The notes under the pieces are model-generated. The model was not told the origin of the DNA. It searched no databases and was given only the letters and a program-made list of their open reading frames with translations. This document shows positions 1 through 7,467 of a DNA stretch of 32,760 nt, one piece after another; positions within the stretch are counted from its first letter, which is position 1, and every line of letters starts with the position of its first letter. This DNA is from Candidatus Hydrogenedentota bacterium. GTDB lineage: Bacteria > Hydrogenedentota > Hydrogenedentia > Hydrogenedentales > SLHB01. Where the stretch lies: the NCBI GenBank assembly GCA_034408725.1, contig JAWXCN010000071.1, forward strand, positions 1 through 32,760, read 5' to 3'. A program made the translations under genes and the position numbers.

Positions 1-16
1 ATGACGTCTCGAATTC

Positions 17-59
17 GCGCGGAGCGCCTTGGAGTGCGGCGGCGGGTAGCTGCCGCTTT
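17..59. repeat. REP-like palindromic intergenic repeat (family A, ...TTGGAGTGCGGC...GCCGCTTT)
   Basis: GCGCGGAGCGCCTTGGAGTGCGGCGGCGGGTAGCTGCCGCTTT closely matches the reverse complement of 7188-7227 (GCGCGCAGCGCCTTGGACTGCGGCGTGTCAGCGCCGCTTT); it contains an internal GCGGC/GCCGC stem. Confidence 0.7.
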
Positions 60-140
60 CCATTTCCTGGGCGAGGTCGCCTCGCAATTACGCGCGATTA
101 TCCTCGCTGGCTTTGATAAGGGTAGCCTGCGTGCAATGAC

Positions 141-167
141 GAGCGCGCGGGGACGCGCGCCCTCCCG
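141..167. repeat. REP-like palindrome (family B, GCGCGCGGGGACGCGCGCCCTCCC)
   Basis: GCGCGCG-GGGA-CGCGCGC hairpin followed by CCTCCC; resembles REP-like elements of Planctomycete-type genomes; only one copy in the window. Confidence 0.45.
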
Positions 168-226
168 TTGAAAGTCCCCGCCAAAAGCTGTTGTAATTGT
201 TATGGGCGGACCCGAGAGGAGTGACC

Positions 227-1780
227 GTGAACGAAACCAAGGGCCTCTGGCTGGCGAGGTTTGTCCTGATCGCTGGCGTCGTGGCGTCGTTCCTCCTGCT
301 CACCCAATCCCCGTCTGAACTCGTGTTCTGGTCCGGGGACGGCGGCCTGAAGCACATGATGGCGAAACAATTCGCCGAAGGCCGTTTCCACGTCGATCTT
401 CGATTGACGGATGATCCGTCCGTTGCGAAACTCTGGGCTGATGGCCTGCATCCCGGGGTGCGCGACGGTTACATCTTCGATCGCGGCGGCAAGTACTTCG
501 CAGTTTTCCCCTATCCATTCTCGTTGATAAGCGCGCCGTTCTACGCGCTGTTCGGCGTCCCAGGCTATTACATCGTTCCCATGCTCTCGACGTGGGGACT
601 TTGCTTCATCCTGTATCTCACGCTGCGACGGACGTGTATCGAGCCGTGGGTGATCGCGCTGCTGATGGCCGCGTTCATATTTGCCACGCCCATTATGTTG
701 TACGCAACCGCGTTCTGGGAGCACACGCTTGGCATGTTTCTGGCATTTGCGCCGGTCGCCTACACCCTCCGCCACGAAGACAGCGAGCCGGGAAAAATCA
801 CGCCAATTATCGCGGGCGCCACATTGGGGCTTGCTGTATGGATACGCCCGGAAATGATGGCGCTCATGGCGGCGCTGCTGCCCGCGGCATTTGTCTGGCG
901 CAGGCGCGCGCTCGGGTTCCGCGGCTGGTTTTTGTTCAGCGCGGCGGCCATTGCCATGGTTGTATGTTTCTTTCTTGCGAACCAGTTGATATACGGCCAT
1001 CCGCTCGGGACACATGGTCTTCAAGTGTTCAGCATCTATCCCCCGCCGACCCGGGCAGATATTGTTTGGGACAGGTTTGTGTTCATTACGCGCGCATTCG
1101 TCCGGTACGCGCCAGTGGTTGTTTTCATGGCGGGTCTGTTGGGTTTGATGATTTGGAAACGCTGTATCGCGTGGCGCGGAGAAGCAGTTTACCTTATCGT
1201 TGTAACCGGACTGTTTTATCTCCTAATGATTTATATGGTGCCGTCGAAGGGAGACTTCCAGATTGGGCCGCGCTTCGCACTGCTCGTGATGGCGCTCATC
1301 ATTCCTGTCTGCGCGTACGCCTGGAAATCGCTCTGGCCAATGCCGAACGCGTTGCGCATGGCTTGCGTTGGCGTATTGCTGTTCACTATCGCCGTTGGCG
1401 CAAGGCGAAATGTTGTCCAAGAATCGCAATGGGTGATCGGCCAATACCGTAACCGCGTGCTTCCCGCGTATACGTTCGTGGCGTCACGGGATGAACCGGT
1501 GGTCGCGGTCTCTCACGTGAAACTCACCGCGGAACTTTGCGGCCTGATGGATTCGAAAATATTCTTCGCGGCAATCGACGATCAGCGTTTCAACCAGTTA
1601 CTGGCCGGGTTGCGCGAGCGCGGCATCGACAACTTCCTTTATATCGCCGAAGGCGACGAACAATCTGAATACGATTCCCCCATCAAACATGACGTCGCCA
1701 AGACACTGGATGTCGAACCTCTTGGCCGCTATGGCGCGCATTTCTATTGCTACGCTGTTTCACTCCCGCCCGCGCCCTGA
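227..1780 (+). CDS. Multi-pass membrane protein, putative GT-C fold (PMT/GT39-like) glycosyltransferase
   Basis: About 12 hydrophobic segments; N-terminal periplasmic 'FWSGDGGLK' loop, 'FWEHTLG' and 'WIRPE' motifs typical of GT-C-like proteins; GTG at 227 follows AGGAG (ORF is open from 197). Confidence 0.65.
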   Translation: MNETKGLWLARFVLIAGVVASFLLLTQSPSELVFWSGDGGLKHMMAKQFAEGRFHVDLRLTDDPSVAKLWADGLHPGVRDGYIFDRGGKYFAVFPYPFSLISAPFYALFGVPGYYIVPMLSTWGLCFILYLTLRRTCIEPWVIALLMAAFIFATPIMLYATAFWEHTLGMFLAFAPVAYTLRHEDSEPGKITPIIAGATLGLAVWIRPEMMALMAALLPAAFVWRRRALGFRGWFLFSAAAIAMVVCFFLANQLIYGHPLGTHGLQVFSIYPPPTRADIVWDRFVFITRAFVRYAPVVVFMAGLLGLMIWKRCIAWRGEAVYLIVVTGLFYLLMIYMVPSKGDFQIGPRFALLVMALIIPVCAYAWKSLWPMPNALRMACVGVLLFTIAVGARRNVVQESQWVIGQYRNRVLPAYTFVASRDEPVVAVSHVKLTAELCGLMDSKIFFAAIDDQRFNQLLAGLRERGIDNFLYIAEGDEQSEYDSPIKHDVAKTLDVEPLGRYGAHFYCYAVSLPPAP

Positions 1781-1861
1781 CCTGTGTTCGCATGAATACG
1801 CGAAATATGCAGACGAGTCCGCTATACTCTGCCCGACACGACTAGCTGGATATGGGTTGCA

Positions 1862-2932
1862 ATGCCTGCCAAGAAACACAATTTCACGGTAACGGAGATC
1901 AAAGCCGGGGCCATGGTTATCGCCTCGGTGGCGGTGTTTGCCGCGTTCGCAATCGCGATTGCCGGGCTATGGCCGCGACCGGACCAAGTGATCTATGTCT
2001 GCTATTTCAAAGACGCGCTGGGCCTGAGCCCCGGGGGGGATGTACGGTTTGGAGGCGTGAAGGTGGGACGTGTCCGCACTGTGACACCGGATCCTTCCCA
2101 CATATTGGAAGACAGAGAGGACGGCGCGCCTCCGGATGAAATTGAATCCAAAGCCGAGGCGACTGTAATGGCCCAGGCCCCAATCATCCGCGTCGAAGCC
2201 GCGGTCATGCCTGGCTTGCCGATCAATCAGGAATCCATCGCTTTTATCGGACAGGCCACCCTCACGTCGGAAAAACACCTCGAAATTACCACCGGTTTGC
2301 CGCAGACGCGCCTGCTTGCCGCCGGAGAAGAGATTCCGACGGGACTGGGGGGCGGCATTTTTGATCAGGTTGGTGATATCGCGAAAAGCGTCGAGTCCGG
2401 CATCGAAAGCGTCAAGGCGCTGCTTGGAGTCGAGCAGGCCATGCTAAATTCACAAGACGGCACGCTGGACACGACCCTCGTCACCTTGCTTCGCGGCATC
2501 GATCAAACCGTGAACGAAAGCAAAGGCCTGGTCGGCGATGCGCGCGGTATCATGGGACAATATCGCGGCGACGTGGGCGAGGTCATCAAGGAAGTTATCA
2601 AGATAGAACAAAGCGCCAATGCGCTGGTCACGGAACTGAATGGCCTGGTCGTCGAGAACCGCCCGGATATTCAAAATACGCTTCAGCATTTGCCAACGCT
2701 CATGGGCCGCGTCGATGCTCTCGCCGATGATCTCGAGACGATCGCCGCGGGACTGCAAACCACCATTGAGTCAGCCCAGGATACGATCCAGGGAAACAGG
2801 CCCGCGATTGAAGAAACCATTCTGGACCTGCGGGACACCGTCGGTAACCTCAAGAATTTCTCGCGCGCTCTTGCCGAACAACCGGAATCGGTGCTGTGGG
2901 GTAAGAGCGAGAAGGAACGAAAACGAGAATGA
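1862..2932 (+). CDS. MCE/MlaD family protein (PqiB-like) with helical C-terminal region
   Basis: N-terminal TM helix, MCE signature 'FKDALGLSPGGDVRFGGVKVGRV...TLTSEKHLEI', long amphipathic helical tail ending 'LAEQPESVLWG'. Confidence 0.9.
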   Translation: MPAKKHNFTVTEIKAGAMVIASVAVFAAFAIAIAGLWPRPDQVIYVCYFKDALGLSPGGDVRFGGVKVGRVRTVTPDPSHILEDREDGAPPDEIESKAEATVMAQAPIIRVEAAVMPGLPINQESIAFIGQATLTSEKHLEITTGLPQTRLLAAGEEIPTGLGGGIFDQVGDIAKSVESGIESVKALLGVEQAMLNSQDGTLDTTLVTLLRGIDQTVNESKGLVGDARGIMGQYRGDVGEVIKEVIKIEQSANALVTELNGLVVENRPDIQNTLQHLPTLMGRVDALADDLETIAAGLQTTIESAQDTIQGNRPAIEETILDLRDTVGNLKNFSRALAEQPESVLWGKSEKERKRE

Positions 2933-4563
2933 GCAAACTTCTCCGTTCATTGGCCCTGCTCGCGATGGTGGCGCTCACTGGCTGCGTTGGCACCACGCCG
3001 CCGCGCCTCTACACCTTAAGCATGCAACGCGCAGGCTCCGCCCAACCCGCTTTTAATATCGAAGTCGACCGGTTGCGTCCCGCGGACGTACTCGACCGCG
3101 GACCAATCGTGATCCGGCGCGGCGAACATGAGTTGGACACCTATCCTCTCGATACCTGGGCATCCAACCTTGGGGAACTTGTCGCGGCTAAACTCGCAGC
3201 CGAATTCGGACCGTCTAATCCGGAGCGGCCAACACTCACGTTGACCGGAAACATCGTGGCCTTCGAGCATGTGCCGGCGCAGGATTCCGGCGGCGAAGCG
3301 CACGCCGCGCTCGCATTGGAAGCCCGCAAGAAAGGCGACACCCGGTACGAGGAACCGCTCATAACCAAACTGTATGAAGCCCGCGTGCCAGTCTCGGAAC
3401 GTTCCGCGACCGGGGTCGTGGCGGCGCTTACACGAGCACTGGAAAGTATTGCGCAGTCCATCGCCACGGATGTTTCAACGTTGACTTTACCGGAGCTGCC
3501 GGAAAAACCCGGACGCGAAGAACATCTTCACACTTTGGACATGACACCATCCGGCTCCGCGATTTCTTCCCTGAATATCGACGTTGTCTCGCTTCGACGC
3601 CATGAGGCACTTGCGCGCAACAGTATTCTCGTTCGTGCCACGCCAACGACGATCGAATACTATCCACAAGACCGCTGGGCCGCAAGCGTCTCGACCCTCG
3701 TTTCCGAAAAGCTCGAATCCGAATTCGGCGCGCCCGCTTCCGGTAAGGACACGGCGCAATTATCGGGTACGATCCTCGCTTTCGAGCGCGTTGATGGGAG
3801 TGACGGGCCCGTGGCGCACGTCAAACTCGATATGACGCTGCAACGCTCCGTGCCCCAAGGCAGGACGCGCCCCATGTTGTGGAAGGTTTACGAGAAATCG
3901 GTCCCCGCCGCGAGCACTTCACCTCACGACATCGCGAAGGCGCTTTCTCTGGCTGTCACGGAAATTGCCGCAACTATCGCCATTGACGTCGAACGCGTTC
4001 CCGCGCCCGAAACGCCGCCAACCGTCGAGCTTGTGCGATTGTATACGCTCGACATGACGCCTTCGGGAAATGCACAGTGCAAACACAACGTCGTATTCGA
4101 TCGAGTCGCCCCGCACGATTCGCTGACGCGCGCCGACATTCTGATCGTACGCGGGCAAACGGAAGTCGACCATTTTCCCAATGAGCGATGGGCATCGAGC
4201 CTGGCAGAACTCGTGCCGGAAAAACTCAGCGCCGAGTTTGGACCGGCACAGGATGATCGCCGCACTGTCCGCGTATCGGGCGCCGTGACCGGCTTTGAAC
4301 AGTCGGAAACAGAAGGCTTGCGAGAAGGCTATGTGAAACTTGCGCTCGAATTCCGATGGTCTGATATAGTCACTGACCCCATTCGGCGGACTTATGCTGT
4401 TCGAATACCCGTCGATGGCGAAGGGGCGCCCGCGTTGGTTAAATCCTTGTCCCGTGCGGTTGAAGACATCGCCGCACGGATTGCGGCTGACATCAATGCC
4501 CTGCCGGAACCGGAATTGCCGCCGGCACAGATCGACGAGCCAGCCGTCCCCACTACACCATAA
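2929..4563 (+). CDS. ABC-type transport auxiliary lipoprotein with three tandem PqiC-like domains
   Basis: Lipobox ALTG-C; three repeats of about 172 aa, each with 'L(Y/H)TL.M...(L/A)xRxxI(V/L)...WA..L..LV..KL..EFG'; ATGA overlap with the MCE gene. Confidence 0.85.
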   Translation: MSKLLRSLALLAMVALTGCVGTTPPRLYTLSMQRAGSAQPAFNIEVDRLRPADVLDRGPIVIRRGEHELDTYPLDTWASNLGELVAAKLAAEFGPSNPERPTLTLTGNIVAFEHVPAQDSGGEAHAALALEARKKGDTRYEEPLITKLYEARVPVSERSATGVVAALTRALESIAQSIATDVSTLTLPELPEKPGREEHLHTLDMTPSGSAISSLNIDVVSLRRHEALARNSILVRATPTTIEYYPQDRWAASVSTLVSEKLESEFGAPASGKDTAQLSGTILAFERVDGSDGPVAHVKLDMTLQRSVPQGRTRPMLWKVYEKSVPAASTSPHDIAKALSLAVTEIAATIAIDVERVPAPETPPTVELVRLYTLDMTPSGNAQCKHNVVFDRVAPHDSLTRADILIVRGQTEVDHFPNERWASSLAELVPEKLSAEFGPAQDDRRTVRVSGAVTGFEQSETEGLREGYVKLALEFRWSDIVTDPIRRTYAVRIPVDGEGAPALVKSLSRAVEDIAARIAADINALPEPELPPAQIDEPAVPTTP

Positions 4564-4590
4564 AAATAGCATCCACCACCATCTGCATGC

Positions 4591-4618
4591 TTGACGCCCA
4601 AGCCAGCCACAATATATT
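4591..4618 (+). promoter_or_regulatory. Putative sigma70 promoter of the amidase gene
   Basis: TTGACG (4591-4596), 16-nt spacer, TATATT (4613-4618). Confidence 0.5.
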
Positions 4619-4625
4619 GTAGGGG

Positions 4626-6368
4626 GTGATGTATGCTCCCGCTTCACAGATACTTCGTTTCGCACTACTGCTTGTGATGGCATGGGCCGCTATCCCGATC
4701 TCGCTTGCGTCTATCGTGCGCGCGCCCTTCGATGAACATTCCTCTGCCGTCTTGAGAAATGGGCGCATCATTGTTCTTGAAGTTAATCCTCCGGATGGCG
4801 CCGGCGAAACTTTCTTCGTGAAATACCTTGCTGAGTCAAACGACAGGAAAAATTACGCCAATAAAGGCGCGGTGGCGCTGCGATTCGCTGACCTCAACCC
4901 GCAAACCCAACGGAACACGTTGTTGGCATTGTTCCGGCAAGACATCGTCGATGAAAAAGGCTGGCGCCACGTCGCCATTCTCAATGGCGGTGAACGGGAG
5001 ACGTTATGGGCGATCGCGGAATGGTTGACAGGATCAGGGAACAATCACGAAAAAATCGCGCAACTAAATGACATTAAGGGCGGCGTGCTCAATCCCGGTC
5101 AGGAAGTGATCATTCCTTTCGACCTCCTGGTTGAAGTCATGCGTGAACCTACAACCGAACGGCTTCCAGCGATTGAAGAAGGCCCGGTAATTCCGGAGGA
5201 ACAGGAGAATCTCGGCGACCTCGCCGCACAGCTCAGTTTCACCAAGCGCGAACGGGATAGTTATGCCGTGTACCGCTTGAAACCCGGTGAAGCCTTGTAT
5301 ACCGCGGTCGTTGTGCGGTTCACGGACATCCGCGAGAACGTGGATATCCTGCGCGCGTGCGACGTGATTCAAAAAGAAAGTCTCATCAACGACGTCACGG
5401 ACATGGATCCGGGCACGGAGATATACATTCCCATCGACCTGCTTGCGGATCGATTCAAACCGGAGTCTAATCCAGATCGCCAGGAGTATGAGTCCATCCT
5501 CGCCGAAGCCAATCGTCTGCGCGGTCAAGTGCGCACGAAAGACCTCGAAGGCGTCGTCGTTATCCTAGATTCGGGTCATGGCGGCAAGGACAAAGGCACG
5601 AGCGCGACGAAGAACGGTTTTACGATTTACGAAGACGAAGTGACCTACGACGTGGCGTGCCGGATCAGGCGCCTGCTACAAACGCAAACCCGCGCCAAAG
5701 TCCACATGACCATGCTTGATCCGGACCAGGGCTTCGAGCCGGTGGATACGGAGCATTTCCCGTCGGACTCTGACGAGAAGGTCCTCGTCACGCCGAATTA
5801 TCCCAATGCGGATGCAAAGGTCTCCGCGAACCTCCGATGGTACCTTGCAAACTCCATCTACCGGCGCGAAGTGAACGGCGGCGCCGATCCGCGCAAAATA
5901 ATATTCACCAGTATCCATTTTGACGCGCTATTCGACGGACGCCTGCGGGGAACAATGGTCTATATCCCCGGTGCCGCGCATCGGCGCGAAAACGAGCGTG
6001 GCGGCTCGATGGCGGTCTACGGCCGCTATGTGGAGGTGCAGGAATCGCCGGAGGTAAAGTCAACGTCTGTTGAGCACCGCCGGGACGAAGCCCTCTCGCG
6101 CAATTTTGCGGCAACGCTGTTGGACGAATTGGGCAAGGCGCGGATTAAACGGCATAGCGTCGGGGATCCCATTCGAAATGTGATCCGGCAATCCGGGGGA
6201 AAACAGTATGTCCCCGCAGTCCTGCGCAACACCCTCGTGCCGACCAAAGTGCTTGTCGAGTGCGCAAACCTCACGAACCCCATCGACTGCAAATGGGCCT
6301 CGCAACCGTGGTGGCGCGAACGCTACGCCGAAGCCTACGTAGCCGCGCTGAAAGCGCACTACCGTTAG
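4626..6368 (+). CDS. N-acetylmuramoyl-L-alanine amidase (Amidase_3) with signal peptide and LysM-like repeats
   Basis: Zn/catalytic motifs 'ILDSGHGGKD', 'YEDEV', 'SIHFD', 'VLVECAN'; LysM-like 'GERETLWAIA...LNPGQEVIIP' and 'YRLKPGEALY...MDPGTEIYIP'. Confidence 0.85.
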   Translation: MMYAPASQILRFALLLVMAWAAIPISLASIVRAPFDEHSSAVLRNGRIIVLEVNPPDGAGETFFVKYLAESNDRKNYANKGAVALRFADLNPQTQRNTLLALFRQDIVDEKGWRHVAILNGGERETLWAIAEWLTGSGNNHEKIAQLNDIKGGVLNPGQEVIIPFDLLVEVMREPTTERLPAIEEGPVIPEEQENLGDLAAQLSFTKRERDSYAVYRLKPGEALYTAVVVRFTDIRENVDILRACDVIQKESLINDVTDMDPGTEIYIPIDLLADRFKPESNPDRQEYESILAEANRLRGQVRTKDLEGVVVILDSGHGGKDKGTSATKNGFTIYEDEVTYDVACRIRRLLQTQTRAKVHMTMLDPDQGFEPVDTEHFPSDSDEKVLVTPNYPNADAKVSANLRWYLANSIYRREVNGGADPRKIIFTSIHFDALFDGRLRGTMVYIPGAAHRRENERGGSMAVYGRYVEVQESPEVKSTSVEHRRDEALSRNFAATLLDELGKARIKRHSVGDPIRNVIRQSGGKQYVPAVLRNTLVPTKVLVECANLTNPIDCKWASQPWWRERYAEAYVAALKAHYR

Positions 6369-6379
6369 AATTCTCCAGC

Positions 6380-7126
6380 TTACCGCGGGAACAATCGTGA
6401 CCGTATCAGCCCCAGTTTCGTCAGCCGGAACTCCAGACCCGTTTTCAGGCAACCCAATCCATACCGCACGCTCCGCCGGAAATTTATCGACGACGCCTCC
6501 TCGAAGTACTTCGTCGGACACGTCACTTCCGCGATATCGAAGCCTTTCCACAGAATTTGCGCGAGCATTTGGTTGTCAAAAACAAAATCGTCAGAATTCG
6601 ATTCCAGCGGCAGCGCCTCAAGAATCTCCCGCGAGAATGCGCGATACCCCGTGTGATACTCCGAAAGTTTCGCGCCCAATAGCACGTTCTCCGCAAAGGT
6701 CAAGAAACGGTTCGACACATATTTCCACACCGGCATGCCGCCGTGCAGCGCATGGCCCCCCAAAATGCGGGAGCCCAGCACGCAGGGGTAAAGGCCATTC
6801 GCGATGATCGAAGTCATCGCTGGAATCAGCAGCGGCGTGTACTGATAGTCCGGGTGGACCATGATGACAATGTCCGCGCCGTGTTCGAGCGCAAGGCGGT
6901 AACAGCTTTTCTGGTTGCCGCCGTAGCCCCGGTTGCTTGGATGAGTGTGTACCGTCACATGGGGCAATAACTTTCCGATCGCCGACGTGTCGTCCTTGCT
7001 CGCGTCATCGACGAGGATTACCTCGTCTACCACGCCCTGCGCCATGACCTCTTCATAGGTTTTCACCAGCGTTTGCGCGGCGTTGTACGCCGGCATTACA
7101 ACGACGATCTTTTTCCCGTTAAACAT
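6380..7126 (-). CDS. Glycosyltransferase family 2 (polyprenol-phosphate glycosyltransferase, DPM1-like)
   Basis: 'VVVMPAYNAA', 'VDDASKD', 'NRGYGGNQK', 'HPDYQY', 'SEYHTGYRAF'; start taken at the ATG of MFNGKK. Confidence 0.9.
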   Translation of the reverse strand: MFNGKKIVVVMPAYNAAQTLVKTYEEVMAQGVVDEVILVDDASKDDTSAIGKLLPHVTVHTHPSNRGYGGNQKSCYRLALEHGADIVIMVHPDYQYTPLLIPAMTSIIANGLYPCVLGSRILGGHALHGGMPVWKYVSNRFLTFAENVLLGAKLSEYHTGYRAFSREILEALPLESNSDDFVFDNQMLAQILWKGFDIAEVTCPTKYFEEASSINFRRSVRYGLGCLKTGLEFRLTKLGLIRSRLFPR

Positions 7127-7134
7127 TGCGCGCG

Positions 7135-7143
7135 AGTGTACCA
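7135..7143 (-). promoter_or_regulatory. Extended -10 promoter (TGG-TACACT) of the GT2 gene, near-leaderless
   Basis: Minus strand TGGTACACT lies 8 nt upstream of the ATG at 7126; no Shine-Dalgarno sequence is present. Confidence 0.5.
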
Positions 7144-7187
7144 GATGCCAACGCGCCACGGCCAAGGCATCTTGGGTATCCGAAGTA

Positions 7188-7227
7188 AAAGCGGCGCTGA
7201 CACGCCGCAGTCCAAGGCGCTGCGCGC
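7188..7227. repeat. REP-like palindromic intergenic repeat (family A, inverted copy)
   Basis: AAAGCGGCGCTGACACGCCGCAGTCCAAGGCGCTGCGCGC is a near reverse complement of 17-59; GCGGCG/CGCCGC stem. Confidence 0.7.
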
Positions 7228-7295
7228 GGCCAATTGCATTTGCCCTGACCTGAAACTTTCACCATTGATTTCTTCCCACGCCACCTCCTACGCTA

Positions 7296-7324
7296 TTGAC
7301 ACTTGCCTTGGTGGCGCATTCAAT
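7296..7324 (+). promoter_or_regulatory. Putative sigma70 promoter for the retron ncRNA/RT
   Basis: Perfect TTGACA (7296-7301), 17-nt spacer, weak -10 TTCAAT (7319-7324). Confidence 0.4.
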
Positions 7325-7444
7325 TGCGCAGGCCGGCGTTTCGCCGGCCAGGTCTTATTGGGCCGTCCGAGAATCACCAGTACTCAATCGAGTAGCAAGG
7401 CAAGACGGATGCCGGGCACGTGTCCGGCATCCGTTTTCCGATGG
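7302..7444 (+). ncRNA. Candidate retron msr-msd RNA
   Basis: Non-coding region directly upstream of a retron-type RT with dense hairpins (7314-7329, 7331-7349, 7381-7394 and a long near-palindrome at 7405-7434) and two candidate a1/a2 inverted-repeat pairs (7302-7310/7396-7404 perfect 9 bp; 7363-7373/7434-7444 imperfect). Confidence 0.6.
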
Positions 7445-7467
7445 ATACGCGGAGAGGGAGCGGGAGC

